Assembly (NCBI GenBank): GCA_965219085.1
Contig: OZ244720.1
Coordinates: 2,816,001 to 2,880,000 of the forward strand
DNA: 64,000 nt
Source of the DNA: Dehalococcoidia bacterium
GTDB lineage: Bacteria; Chloroflexota; Dehalococcoidia; UBA2979
Reading direction: 5' to 3'
A program made the translations under genes and the position numbers. The notes under the pieces are model-generated. The model saw nothing but the letters and a program-made list of their open reading frames with translations, did no database searches and was not told where the DNA came from. Below, in pieces: positions 9,578 through 19,169 of the stretch; positions within the stretch are counted from its first letter, which is position 1, and every line of letters begins with the position of its first letter.

Positions 9578-11014
9578 GTGATCAGACGCATCCTCCCGCT
9601 GTTCGGCCTCTTCGTGCTTGCCGCGACCTCGCTGTACGTCGTCTGGCCCTCGGAGCCCGACAAGTGGCTCCCGTCCGTTGTCCCGTGGCCCGAGGGTCAA
9701 GGCGTCACCATCGGCAACTTCGAGCGCGAGACGATCCGCCTCGGCCTCGACCTGCAGGGCGGCTCGCGGCTGCTCCTCCAGGCGTCGCTCCCCGAGGGCG
9801 CCGAGGGTGACATCGACGACGGCATCGAGGGTGCGCTGCGCGTGTTGCGCCGCCGCGTCGACGCCTCCGGCGTCGCCGAAGCCGAGGTGACGCGCCAGGG
9901 CGAGAGCAACATCTCGATCCAGCTGCCCGGGCTCGAACCCGAGGAGGCGCGCGCGCTGCTCGGCCGCACCGCGCTGCTCCGGTTCTGCCAGGCCGCCGGC
10001 GACCTCGGCGCCGGCACGCCGTGCGACGAGTCGGGCCAGTGGGTGCAGGCGCAGGGCATCCTCGACGGGCAGGCCACCGCCCTGACCGGGCGCTTCCTGC
10101 GCCCCAACTCGTTCGTCGGCGCCGACCCGCTCGGCAACCCCGTGGTCCAGTTCGAGTGGACCGGCGAGGGCGCGGTCCTGTCCGAGCAGGTCACCGGGCG
10201 GCTGGTTGGCCAGCAACTCGCGATCTTCCTCGACAACGAGTTGCTATCGGCGCCCGTGGTGCGGGCCGTGATCACGGACCGGGGCATTATCGACGGCATG
10301 CCGCTGACCTCGATCGAGGGCCGCACCGGCGCGCGCGAGCTCGTCGTGCAACTCAACTCCGGTGCGCTGCCCGTCCAGCTCACCGTGCTCCAGGAGCAGG
10401 AGGTCGACGCGACGCTCGGCGAGGACTCGGTGCAGCGTTCGGTGCTGGCGGGCGAGATCGGCCTGCTGCTCGTGGCGCTGTTCATGATCCTCTACTACCG
10501 CGTGCCGGGATTCCTCGCGGCCGTCGCGCTGCTCATCTACACGCTCCTCACGATGGCGGTGTTCAAGCTGATCCCGGTCACGCTCAACCTCGCGGGGATC
10601 GCGGCGTTCGTGCTCTCGGTCGGTATGGCCGTCGACGCGAACATCCTGATCTTCGAGCGCATGAAGGAGGAGCTGCGCGGCGGCCGTGCGTACCGCACGG
10701 CGCTCGACGCCGGCTTCGCCCGGGCGTGGTCCTCGATCCGCGACTCGAACGTGAGCACGCTCATCACCTGCTTCATCCTCTTCATCCTCGGCGGTGGCCT
10801 CGAGGTGCCCGGCCTCGGCGCGTTCGAGGCGCCGCTGGTGCAGGGCTTCGCCGTGACGCTGGCCGTCGGCGTGCTGCTCTCGATGTTCTCGGCGATCACC
10901 GTCACCCGCACGCTCATGAAGGCGCTCGCGGGCACGCGCTTTGCGCGCCAGCCGGACCTGCTCGGCACCGGCGTGCGCTCCTACCGGGGCGCGCGCGAGG
11001 CGACCGAGGGATAG
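9578..11014 (+). CDS. secD: Protein translocase subunit SecD
   Basis: LGLDLQGG, GMAVDANILIFERMKEE, IRDSNVST. Confidence 0.96.
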   Translation: MIRRILPLFGLFVLAATSLYVVWPSEPDKWLPSVVPWPEGQGVTIGNFERETIRLGLDLQGGSRLLLQASLPEGAEGDIDDGIEGALRVLRRRVDASGVAEAEVTRQGESNISIQLPGLEPEEARALLGRTALLRFCQAAGDLGAGTPCDESGQWVQAQGILDGQATALTGRFLRPNSFVGADPLGNPVVQFEWTGEGAVLSEQVTGRLVGQQLAIFLDNELLSAPVVRAVITDRGIIDGMPLTSIEGRTGARELVVQLNSGALPVQLTVLQEQEVDATLGEDSVQRSVLAGEIGLLLVALFMILYYRVPGFLAAVALLIYTLLTMAVFKLIPVTLNLAGIAAFVLSVGMAVDANILIFERMKEELRGGRAYRTALDAGFARAWSSIRDSNVSTLITCFILFILGGGLEVPGLGAFEAPLVQGFAVTLAVGVLLSMFSAITVTRTLMKALAGTRFARQPDLLGTGVRSYRGAREATEG

Positions 11015-11023
11015 GCGGCGCCG

Positions 11024-12499
11024 ATGCGATCACTCGACCTCGTCGGCACCCGCAAGTGGTTCTTCGTGTTGAGCGGGACGATCGTCGTCGTCTCGCTCGT
11101 GCTGCTCGCGATCCCGCCCACACTGCGCCCGGGCATCGAGTTCACCGCCGGAACCACTACGCTCGTGCGCTTCAACCGCAACGTCGACCAGGCGGACCTG
11201 CGCGCGGCCTACGCCGAACTCGGTCACCCCGAGGCGCGCATCCAGTCGACCGGCGATCGCGAGTACCTGATCCGCACCAGCGAGCTGCGCGTCCCCGACA
11301 GCGCGCTGATCGAGGTCAACCCGACGGCTACGCCGGACGACGCGCCGACATCGGAGCTCGGCACGGTGCTGCTCGGCGCGGAGGGCGCCGAGGGCGAGAT
11401 CGCGCTGCGCGTGTTCAACTTCGCGGTCTGCGACTTCGGCGGCGAGATCGAGCCTCCCTTCCCCGCCGGCAGAGACGCCGTCGTGTTCGAGGAGGTCCGG
11501 GAATCAGACTGCGAGACGGCCATCGAGGACGCGACCGGCGACTCCGGGGACGCCGACGCCACGGATACGCCCGACGACGCGGTCGAGGAAGAACCTGAGA
11601 CGACGGCCACGCCGGACGACGCCGCCGAGGAGCCCGACGCCACTGAGACGCCGGACGCCACGACCGAGGAGGAACCCACCGAGGACGAGGGCGAACTCCT
11701 CGCCTACCGCGTCCAGGTCGGCGGGGCAGACGGGACGACAGGCTTCGTCGCGCCGGCCGACACGCACGGATTCCTCGCGCCCGGCGAGGGGCGGGCGGAG
11801 CCCGAGACGCCCGCCAAAGACCTCGGCGAACGCGGCGAGATCGAGTCCGCGCTGGCGAAGCAGTTCGGGCGCTTCGAGGTGCTGGAGTTCGCCGCGGTCT
11901 CCGCGGTCGTGTCCACGCAGGCGGTACGCAACGCGACCATCGCCGTGGGGGTCGCGGCGGTGTTCATCATGGCCTACATCGTCTTCGCGTTCTCGAGCGT
12001 GCCGAGGCCGATGCGCTACGCCTCGGCCGCCATCGTCGCGCTGGCGCACGACACCATCATCGTGCTCGGCGCGTTCTCGCTCTTCGGGAAGGTGTTCGAG
12101 ATGGAGATCAACCTGATGTTCGTGACCGGCGTGCTCACCGTCATCGGTTTCTCCGTGCATGACACCATCGTGATCTTCGACCGTGTGCGCGAGAACGTGC
12201 GCATCGCGCCGCAGGCGCGGTTCTCCGACAGCGTGAACGCCGCGCTTGTGCAGACGCTCGGACGCTCGCTGAACACGTCGATCACGCTGGTGCTCACGAT
12301 CCTCGCGCTGCTGTGGCTGGGCGGATCGACGATCCAGCCGTTCCTCATCGTGCTGCTGGTGGGCGTGATCGCGGGGGCCTACTCGAGCATCGCGATCGCG
12401 GCGCAGGTGCTCGTGGCGTGGGACGAGGGCGACTTCTCGAGGCTGCTCGGCCGCTTCCGTCGTGGCGGCGAGTCCGAGGAGGAAGCGGCGGCGACGTAG
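11024..12499 (+). CDS. secF: Protein translocase subunit SecF with large acidic extracytoplasmic insertion
   Basis: GIEFTAG, ALAHD, GFSVHDTIVIFDRVREN, RSLNTS. Confidence 0.94.
   Translation: MRSLDLVGTRKWFFVLSGTIVVVSLVLLAIPPTLRPGIEFTAGTTTLVRFNRNVDQADLRAAYAELGHPEARIQSTGDREYLIRTSELRVPDSALIEVNPTATPDDAPTSELGTVLLGAEGAEGEIALRVFNFAVCDFGGEIEPPFPAGRDAVVFEEVRESDCETAIEDATGDSGDADATDTPDDAVEEEPETTATPDDAAEEPDATETPDATTEEEPTEDEGELLAYRVQVGGADGTTGFVAPADTHGFLAPGEGRAEPETPAKDLGERGEIESALAKQFGRFEVLEFAAVSAVVSTQAVRNATIAVGVAAVFIMAYIVFAFSSVPRPMRYASAAIVALAHDTIIVLGAFSLFGKVFEMEINLMFVTGVLTVIGFSVHDTIVIFDRVRENVRIAPQARFSDSVNAALVQTLGRSLNTSITLVLTILALLWLGGSTIQPFLIVLLVGVIAGAYSSIAIAAQVLVAWDEGDFSRLLGRFRRGGESEEEAAAT
12420..12499 (+). 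repeat. secF 3' end, copy 1 of an 80-bp imperfect direct repeat
   Basis: Matches 14706-14785 at 65/80 nt, with the first 17 nt identical. Confidence 0.85.
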
Positions 12500-12528
12500 G
12501 CGCGGCTAGACGGGGTGCGCCGCTATCC

Positions 12529-12732
12529 TCAGAGGTTCAGCGCCGCCAGGATGATAGTCAGGACCGTGACATTGGCGCCTACGATCAGGCCGCCGAGGTG
12601 GAGCCGCAGCCGCGCCAGTTCGTAGCGCAGCTCATCCCTTGAGACCGAGCGTGCCTCGATCGCGTCGGCCAGGGCTCGCGCCTGGTCTGACGTAAAGCCG
12701 GCGGATTCGAGGTTATGCACGGTCTCCAGCAT
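12529..12732 (-). CDS. Small DUF1640/CCDC90-like protein
   Basis: LESAGFTSDQARALADAI motif, VSRDEL, C-terminal TM. Confidence 0.6.
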   Translation of the reverse strand: MLETVHNLESAGFTSDQARALADAIEARSVSRDELRYELARLRLHLGGLIVGANVTVLTIILAALNL

Positions 12733-12882
12733 GTGGCCGCCCTTCCCGGCTCCCATTGTACGCATCAGCACAAGTTTTCGTATGTGGTGCATAAAGGGGC
12801 CTGGTGCCGGTCAGCGCCAGCGCCTTGCGCGGCGCACTAAGACGGGGATGGTAGTATCGACAGCCAGAAGAGTGAAGGGTTC

Positions 12883-13452
12883 ATGGCGTACCTTCGCCTA
12901 CTCGCGGCGGCAGCAGTGCTAGCGCTGGTGATCGCCGCGCTGGCCGTCATCTTCGCCACGCCGGACGGTCCCGTATCCGAAGAAGCTGTGACTGAGGGCA
13001 ATGGCCCCGACAGCGGCCCCAAGGTGAAACCCACGGTCACGGTCACGCACGCAGCAACGCCTACGCCGACTAGGCGCACATGGCCATCACCTCCCGAGCC
13101 GCTGGGGTTCACCGTCGAAGGCACCGGCCCCGCCGACGTGTTCTACCACGTCAAGGCTGCCGGACTGCTCCTCTGCCGTGCCTCGGTGGCGGGGAACGTC
13201 AGGCCCGACGGCACCGCTGGCTACTTCAGGGTCAAGATCAAGGGCGCAGACCCCCTCTACGACCTCTTTTCCAGCGAGATCGCCGGAGAAGTCGAAGATA
13301 CAGGCTACGTTACGTTCGCTGCGGGCGACCGCGACACATGGCCTCCCGATGCGCTGTGGCCCCGCGACGAAGACGGTAACCAGCACTTCTCCATCGATGT
13401 CCTCGCGGAGCGGGGTGCCCGCTGGATCGTGTCGTGTGCCGAGGAGGACTAG
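12883..13452 (+). CDS. Hypothetical membrane-anchored/secreted protein
   Basis: N-terminal hydrophobic segment and P/T-rich linker; first of three closely spaced genes. Confidence 0.6.
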   Translation: MAYLRLLAAAAVLALVIAALAVIFATPDGPVSEEAVTEGNGPDSGPKVKPTVTVTHAATPTPTRRTWPSPPEPLGFTVEGTGPADVFYHVKAAGLLLCRASVAGNVRPDGTAGYFRVKIKGADPLYDLFSSEIAGEVEDTGYVTFAAGDRDTWPPDALWPRDEDGNQHFSIDVLAERGARWIVSCAEED

Positions 13453-13455
13453 GGC

Positions 13456-13806
13456 ATGCGCTACGTGACCTTCCTGGTGGGTGGGATCCTGCTCGGCGTC
13501 GTCGTGTTCGGCGTCGCCTCGTCCGAGTCGTGGCCGGAAACTCAGTCCCCTGAGCACATGCACGTCTGCACAGGCCTCGAGGTCCTCTGGCCCGGCGACT
13601 GGGCCGGCACGGTCCGGGTGATTCACACCCACGGAAACGGGCACCACCCCTCCCACCTGGCTATGGGGAACCCCGAGACCGATCGAGACCCCCGTACCCT
13701 GCACCGCCGCGTTCGATGCCTCGAACACGCGTGGCCAGGATGGGAGCACAGCATCTACGAACCGCACCCCTACCACCCGGACTTCCAGCCCAGCGACGTG
13801 TGGTAG
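13456..13806 (+). CDS. Hypothetical secreted His-rich protein
   Basis: GGAGG RBS, signal-like N-terminus, HTHGNGHHPSH, two Cys. Confidence 0.55.
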   Translation: MRYVTFLVGGILLGVVVFGVASSESWPETQSPEHMHVCTGLEVLWPGDWAGTVRVIHTHGNGHHPSHLAMGNPETDRDPRTLHRRVRCLEHAWPGWEHSIYEPHPYHPDFQPSDVW

Positions 13807-13818
13807 GGAGGCACTGAT

Positions 13819-14343
13819 ATGCATGGAGTCATCGCCGCCGCCGCGGCGCTCATCGCGCTGCTGCTCGGATCCAGCTCCGCGCAGGCGCAGCCGGCGCCGG
13901 ACCCGGCCACCTACTCTGGCTACGGCCTGATCCCAGGCGATGTCGTCACCGCGATCTACTACGACGAAGATTGTGAAACTGCAATCGTCGACGAGACTGG
14001 CAGCTGGTACCTCGAGGTCACCGACGACAGCCCGTGCCGCCCGAGCCCCGGCGCCGCAGCGCGGATCGACTTTCTGGTCAACTTGGACCACGCCAATGAG
14101 TCCTTCGTATACGCCTACGGCCACCGCGTGGATGGCATCGTGTTCTCCGGCCTTCGCCTTCGACCTAGGATCGAGGGGCGGGGGGCCGACGGGGTCGTGA
14201 CGCCGGCCGACAAGAGCGATGCGAGCATGGCCGACGACCTGCTCGAGCAGTGGCCCCTGATTATGCTGACCCTCGCGGCGCTCGCGCTCATCGTTATTGC
14301 AGCGGCTGAGATCACTATGGTGCTGCGGGCTAGACGCGACTAA
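13819..14343 (+). CDS. Hypothetical surface protein with signal peptide and C-terminal TM plus basic tail
   Basis: GGAGG RBS, AQA cleavage site, C-terminal TM followed by RARRD. Confidence 0.65.
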   Translation: MHGVIAAAAALIALLLGSSSAQAQPAPDPATYSGYGLIPGDVVTAIYYDEDCETAIVDETGSWYLEVTDDSPCRPSPGAAARIDFLVNLDHANESFVYAYGHRVDGIVFSGLRLRPRIEGRGADGVVTPADKSDASMADDLLEQWPLIMLTLAALALIVIAAAEITMVLRARRD

Positions 14344-14705
14344 CGTCGGTTCGCTCTCAGGCACGCCGCCCCGACCACGGTGTGGTACTCGCGAAAGCGA
14401 TCGTCATCTTGACGCGCCTCAGCAGCTCGGCGCATTGTTACAGCGGCTCACTGAGCGATTCGACGCTGCGCTCGACCGCCTCGAACCGGCGTCGACAGCG
14501 ATGATGATATAGGCCGCGACCTCGATGGCCAGTTCGTGCAGCGCGTGGCGGACTTCCCTCTTGAACCTCACCGGGTCGTCGACGCCCGGGGGCGGCCTGC
14601 ACGCTCATGGCGCCACCGCGGCGGTCGCCAGGGCGGCGTCCTGAGCGCGCTCGATCTCGGCGCGCAGCTCGTCCATCGTCGGGACGCCCATCCGCCAGAA
14701 CTGCC

Positions 14706-14785
14706 GGGACGAGGGCGACTTCGGGCGGCTGCTCAGGCGCTTCCGGCGTGGGGGTGAGTCGGGCGAGCAGCCTGCGGCGACGTAG
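14706..14785 (+). repeat. Displaced second copy of the secF 3' end
   Basis: Encodes DEGDFGRLLRRFRRGGESGEQPAAT* versus secF DEGDFSRLLGRFRRGGESEEEAAAT*. Confidence 0.85.
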
Positions 14786-14797
14786 CCGCGGGCGCGG

Positions 14798-15313
14798 TTA
14801 ACGCCAGCGCACGAGCAGCACACCGCCGAGCACCACCAACACGCCCGCGATGCGCAGCAGCGTGACGCGCTGCGCCTCGTTCCCGAACGCGCCGATGTGG
14901 TCCATGACGAGCGCGCCGCCGAGGGTCCCGGCCGTCACCGCGCTGAACAGCAGCGCCACCCCCAGCCTCGGCGCGAGCGCCGACCCGCCGATGATGAACG
15001 CCGCGCCGAACAGCCCAACGCCGGCCATGTACGCGCTCGGTCCGTGGAACCCGAGCACGAGCACGCCGACCGACAGCAGGCCGATCACGGCGAACACCCA
15101 CCAGCGATCGAACGGGACGGGCAGGTCGACCGCGTCGTCGCGCGCGGTGCGAATGGCGAGCACCAGGGCGATGCCCGCCACCGTGCCGAAGATCGAGAGC
15201 CAGCCCGCCTCGACGGGTCCGCGGTCGCGCCCGATCGCGCCGAGCATCGAGACCTGCACCGAGGCGCCGACCCCGAGGGAGAGCGCGACGGCGAGTTGGA
15301 GCAGTTGGGTCAC
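14798..15313 (-). CDS. DMT-family transporter (YdcZ-like)
   Basis: About five TM helices, APRLG, MDHIGAFG, RIAGVLVV; GTGA overlap with the selB stop. Confidence 0.8.
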   Translation of the reverse strand: MTQLLQLAVALSLGVGASVQVSMLGAIGRDRGPVEAGWLSIFGTVAGIALVLAIRTARDDAVDLPVPFDRWWVFAVIGLLSVGVLVLGFHGPSAYMAGVGLFGAAFIIGGSALAPRLGVALLFSAVTAGTLGGALVMDHIGAFGNEAQRVTLLRIAGVLVVLGGVLLVRWR

Positions 15314-17160
15314 GCGCGAGTCCTCGCCAGCACGCGCTCGTCGCCGCGACGCCGGGTGACGCCGTCGCGGTCGAGGCGTTCGAGCATCGCCTGCGTGGCG
15401 CGGCGGTTGGTGCCGATGGCGTCGCGCAGTTGCGCCAGCGTGGCCGAGCCCTCCGCCTCGATCAAGGCGACGACGGTCCTCGACACCTCGGCGAACGCGC
15501 CGGCGGCCAGCATCACGCCGTCTCCGCAGTCGACGATCTCGCCGCAGTCCTCGAGGAACGCCGCCAGCTCCGGCTCGAGGTCGATGCGCGGCGGGCTGAC
15601 GCCCCCGGCGGCGAGGGCCGCGACCGCCTCCTCGGCGGCCCGCCGCTGCGCAGCGGTCGGCTGAGGCGACCAGTCCGCGCGGCGCACCCCGCCGGACTCG
15701 GCCACGACCTCCGGGGCGAGCGCGGGGAGCACCGCCTCGAAGGCGCGCGCGTCGAGGCCGAGCCGCGCGCGCAGCTCCTCGCCCGTCATCACCCGGCGCA
15801 GGGGATGCTCGCGTTCGTAGGCCTCCAGGGCGCGCGTGGCGCGCGTGCGTAGCCGCGCCGCGCCGGCCGCGCTCACGTAGCGCGCCTCGTCGCCCGCCAG
15901 CGCAATCACGTCGCCCCGCTCCATGAGCACCTCGATGGACCCGGCGAGCGCGTCGGCTTCGAGGTCGGCGTGGCGGGCGAGTTCGGCGACGGTCGCGGGT
16001 TCGATGCGTTCGAGGGCGGCGAGTGCCGCTTCGTCGGGGCTGCCCTCGGCGAGCGCGAGCATGCGTTCGATCGCGGCGGGGTCGGTGCGGCGGTGGCGCG
16101 CGGTGTTGACGGCGAGCACGCGTCCGCCGGCGAGCGTGCGGTCCGAGACGCGCACGACGAAGAGATCGCCCGGCGCGGCGGCGATCGGCGGGGCAAGCTG
16201 GATCTGGCACCAGCCCTCGCCGCCCGCGGCCACCTCGTCCGCGCCGAGGAGGCGCAGGCGCCCCTGCGTCTCGGCCGCGCCGAGGTGCACGGTCACGCGC
16301 AGGTTGTGGCGCAACGCGCGGCCCGGCAGCACGCGCAGCACGGCGTCTACTGTGCGCGCGACGCCCACTTGTCCGGGTGGTGCGAGCACCTGCCCGCGGC
16401 GCAGCTCGTCGGTGCCGACGCCGGCGAGGTTGATCGCCACGCGCGTGCCCGGCTGCGCCTCTTCGACCTGCTGTTGATGGGTCTGGAGCCCGCGGATGCG
16501 CGCCGAGGGGCCACCCGGCACGGCCTCGAGCGTCTCGCCCGCGCGCAGCGTCCCGTTGAGCAGCGTGCCGGTCACCACGGTCCCGAAGCCCTGCATCGTG
16601 AACACGCGGTCGATGCCGAAGCGCGGGCGGCCGACGTCGCGCGGCTCGGGAACCCCCTCGAGCGCCGCGTCGAGCGCCGCCCGCAGCGCGTCGATGCCTT
16701 CGCCGGTGGCGGCCGAGGTGCGCACGATGGGCGCGCCGCCGAGCGTCGTCGGCGCGAGCTCCTCGCGCAGCTCCTCCTCGACGAGTTCGAGCCACTCCTC
16801 GTCGGGTGCGAGGTCCACCTTGGTGAGGGTGACGATGGCGTGGCGGACGTCGAGCAGGTCGAGGATCTCAAGGTGTTCGCGCGTCTGCGGCATCACGCCC
16901 TCGTCGGCCGCGACGACGAACAGCGCGAGGTCTATGGCGCCGACCCCGGCGAGCATGTGCCGCACGAAGCGCACGTGTCCCGGCACGTCGACGATGGAGA
17001 CCTCGCGGCCGGAGGGCAGGGTCATCCAGGCGAAGCCGAGCTCGATCGTGAGGCCGCGCTCGCGCTCCTCCTGCAGGCGGTCGGGGTGGATGCCGGTCAG
17101 CGCCTCGATGAGCGCGGACTTGCCGTGGTCGACGTGTCCCGCGGTGCCGATGACGTACAT
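15310..17160 (-). CDS. selB: Selenocysteine-specific translation elongation factor
   Basis: GTAGHVDHGKS, EERERGLTIELGF, DVPGH, IDRVFTMQGFGTVVTGT, C-terminal winged helices ending TRRRGDER. Confidence 0.95.
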   Translation of the reverse strand: MYVIGTAGHVDHGKSALIEALTGIHPDRLQEERERGLTIELGFAWMTLPSGREVSIVDVPGHVRFVRHMLAGVGAIDLALFVVAADEGVMPQTREHLEILDLLDVRHAIVTLTKVDLAPDEEWLELVEEELREELAPTTLGGAPIVRTSAATGEGIDALRAALDAALEGVPEPRDVGRPRFGIDRVFTMQGFGTVVTGTLLNGTLRAGETLEAVPGGPSARIRGLQTHQQQVEEAQPGTRVAINLAGVGTDELRRGQVLAPPGQVGVARTVDAVLRVLPGRALRHNLRVTVHLGAAETQGRLRLLGADEVAAGGEGWCQIQLAPPIAAAPGDLFVVRVSDRTLAGGRVLAVNTARHRRTDPAAIERMLALAEGSPDEAALAALERIEPATVAELARHADLEADALAGSIEVLMERGDVIALAGDEARYVSAAGAARLRTRATRALEAYEREHPLRRVMTGEELRARLGLDARAFEAVLPALAPEVVAESGGVRRADWSPQPTAAQRRAAEEAVAALAAGGVSPPRIDLEPELAAFLEDCGEIVDCGDGVMLAAGAFAEVSRTVVALIEAEGSATLAQLRDAIGTNRRATQAMLERLDRDGVTRRRGDERVLARTRA

Positions 17161-17298
17161 GCCGCGAGTCTAGCGGCGATGCCGCCGAGGGGCAGTTGCC
17201 GCCCGCGGGACAGTGCGCGAGGCTGCGCGAGGACGCCGGGTACAGCACCGGGGGCGAAGGGAGCACACGATGCGCATCGCAGACGCCGGGGCAGTATC

Positions 17299-18345
17299 GT
17301 GACCGTCGCGTTCAGCACCGATCAGATCTACTTCTCGCACCAGCCGCCGGGCGGCACGCCGCATCCCGAGCGCTCGGACCGCCTCGCCGCGATCCTGCAG
17401 CAGCTCGATACCACGGGCCTGCTCGACCGCATGGAGCACCTGCCCGAGCGCGACGCGACCGACGAGGAGCTGCTCGCCGTGCACACGCGCGACCTGCTCG
17501 TGACCGTCGACGCGCATGCCGCCGCCGGCGGCGGGTGGGCCGATGCCGACACGTTCATCGGGCCGTCGTCACCGGCAGCGGCGCGCCGCGTGGCAGGCGC
17601 GGCGCTTGCGGCGACCGACGCCGTCCTCGGCGGCGCGGCGACGAGCGCGTTCGTCGCGGCGCGTCCGCCCGGTCACCACGCGACGCGCGACCGCGCGATG
17701 GGGTTCTGCCTCTTCAACCAGGTCGCGGTCGCCGTGCAGGCAGCCCTCGACCGCAGCGTGGAGCGCGTAGCCGTCGTCGACTGGGACCTGCACCACGGCA
17801 ACGGCACGCAGGCGATCTTCGACGACGAGCCGCGCGTGCTCTACGTCAGCACGCACGCCTACCCCTTCTACCCCGGCACCGGCGCAGTCGAGGACCGCGG
17901 AGTCGGCGCGGCGGCGGGGACGATGGTCAACATTCCGCTCCCGGGCGGGGCCGGGGACGCCGCGTTCCGAGCCGCCTACGGGCAGGTCGCCGTGCCGGCG
18001 CTCGAGGCGTTCAGGCCGGAGCTCGTGTTCGTGTCGTGCGGGTGGGACTCGCACGCGCGTGACCAGCTCGGCCCGCTCGCCGTCTCGACGGCGGGCTACA
18101 CCGCCGTCGCGAGGATGATCGTCGACGCCGCGAACCGGCTCTGCGACGGGCGTCTCGTCGCCGTCCTCGAGGGCGGCTACGACGAGCACGCGCTGGCGCA
18201 CTGCTCGCAGGCGCTATGCGAGCTGCTGCTCGGTGACGAGCCGTCGCCCGACCCGCTACAGGGCACCGGGAAGCCGGAGCTCGTCGGCAACATCGACATG
18301 GTGATCGCCGCGACCCGCGCGGCTGCTGGCCTCGACGCATCGTGA
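17299..18345 (+). CDS. Histone deacetylase family Zn-dependent deacetylase
   Basis: HPER, RPPGHHA, GFCLFN, DWDLHHGNGTQ, LEGGY. Confidence 0.93.
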   Translation: MTVAFSTDQIYFSHQPPGGTPHPERSDRLAAILQQLDTTGLLDRMEHLPERDATDEELLAVHTRDLLVTVDAHAAAGGGWADADTFIGPSSPAAARRVAGAALAATDAVLGGAATSAFVAARPPGHHATRDRAMGFCLFNQVAVAVQAALDRSVERVAVVDWDLHHGNGTQAIFDDEPRVLYVSTHAYPFYPGTGAVEDRGVGAAAGTMVNIPLPGGAGDAAFRAAYGQVAVPALEAFRPELVFVSCGWDSHARDQLGPLAVSTAGYTAVARMIVDAANRLCDGRLVAVLEGGYDEHALAHCSQALCELLLGDEPSPDPLQGTGKPELVGNIDMVIAATRAAAGLDAS

Positions 18346-18824
18346 GGCGCGCGCTGCTCGTGCTGGTGCTCGGCCTCGTCGCGGTGCTCGCCGCCTGCGG
18401 CGGCGAAGGCTCAGGCGAACACGATGGCGACTCGGGGGAGCACGGCCGCTCGGAGGAGGGCGGCTCCGACGAGGGCGAGGAGTCGGGCGTCCAGTACACC
18501 CGGACCGAGGTCTACGACAGCGTGCGGGCGGGCGCGCGGCTGATCATCTCCTACGACGCACCCTCCAACACGTTCATCGGCACGGTCGAGAACGTGACGT
18601 CGGAGACGCTGGCCCGCGTCCGCGTGGAAGTGCACCTCTCCAACGGCGTCGAGCTCGGCCCGACGACCCCCACCGACCTCGCCCGGGGCGGGGTGCTCGA
18701 GGTGACCCTGGAGGCCACCACGCAGCCGTTCGAGACGTGGAGCGCGCACCCCGAAGTCGGCAGCGAGGAGGCGGAGCACGGCGACGAGGAGCACGAGGGC
18801 GGCTCTGAGGAATCGGGCGACTGA
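18342..18824 (+). CDS. Hypothetical lipoprotein with His/Glu-rich termini
   Basis: Lipobox LAAC, small beta-rich core, GTGA overlap with the upstream gene. Confidence 0.7.
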   Translation: MRRALLVLVLGLVAVLAACGGEGSGEHDGDSGEHGRSEEGGSDEGEESGVQYTRTEVYDSVRAGARLIISYDAPSNTFIGTVENVTSETLARVRVEVHLSNGVELGPTTPTDLARGGVLEVTLEATTQPFETWSAHPEVGSEEAEHGDEEHEGGSEESGD

Positions 18825-18856
18825 CCGGCTGAGGCCCGCCGCTGCCCGGGCGGGCG

Positions 18857-19141
18857 CTACTCGATGGTCCGCGACTCCGTGAGCGTGCCCTGGCGGCCGC
18901 AGGCCGGGCAGTCCTCGGGCAGCTCGGGTCGGGGGACGTCGCCGCCACGGAGCTGCGACAGGCCGAGCCAGATGTCGTCGCGGAGCTGGAACGACGAGGC
19001 GATGCGGCCGCGGGGGCCGCGCGTGGCCGCGCGCAACTCCTCCTCGACGCGCCGTTGCGCCTCGGCGGCGCTCATCGGCCTGCTCGAACGCACGAGGACC
19101 TCGCGGCGGCAGCTTGAGCAGCGGTAGACATCGATCGGCAC
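18857..19141 (-). CDS. Small Zn-ribbon protein
   Basis: CSSC and CPAC pairs in 94 aa; downstream of hemW. Confidence 0.6.
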   Translation of the reverse strand: MPIDVYRCSSCRREVLVRSSRPMSAAEAQRRVEEELRAATRGPRGRIASSFQLRDDIWLGLSQLRGGDVPRPELPEDCPACGRQGTLTESRTIE

Positions 19142-19169
19142 GGACAGCCTCGGGAGCGCGGCGCCGGCG

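Noticed and set aside
14345-14705. Possible small genes at the right end of the secF islet
   Set aside because: Only short broken frames without recognisable motifs; probably remnants and not callable.
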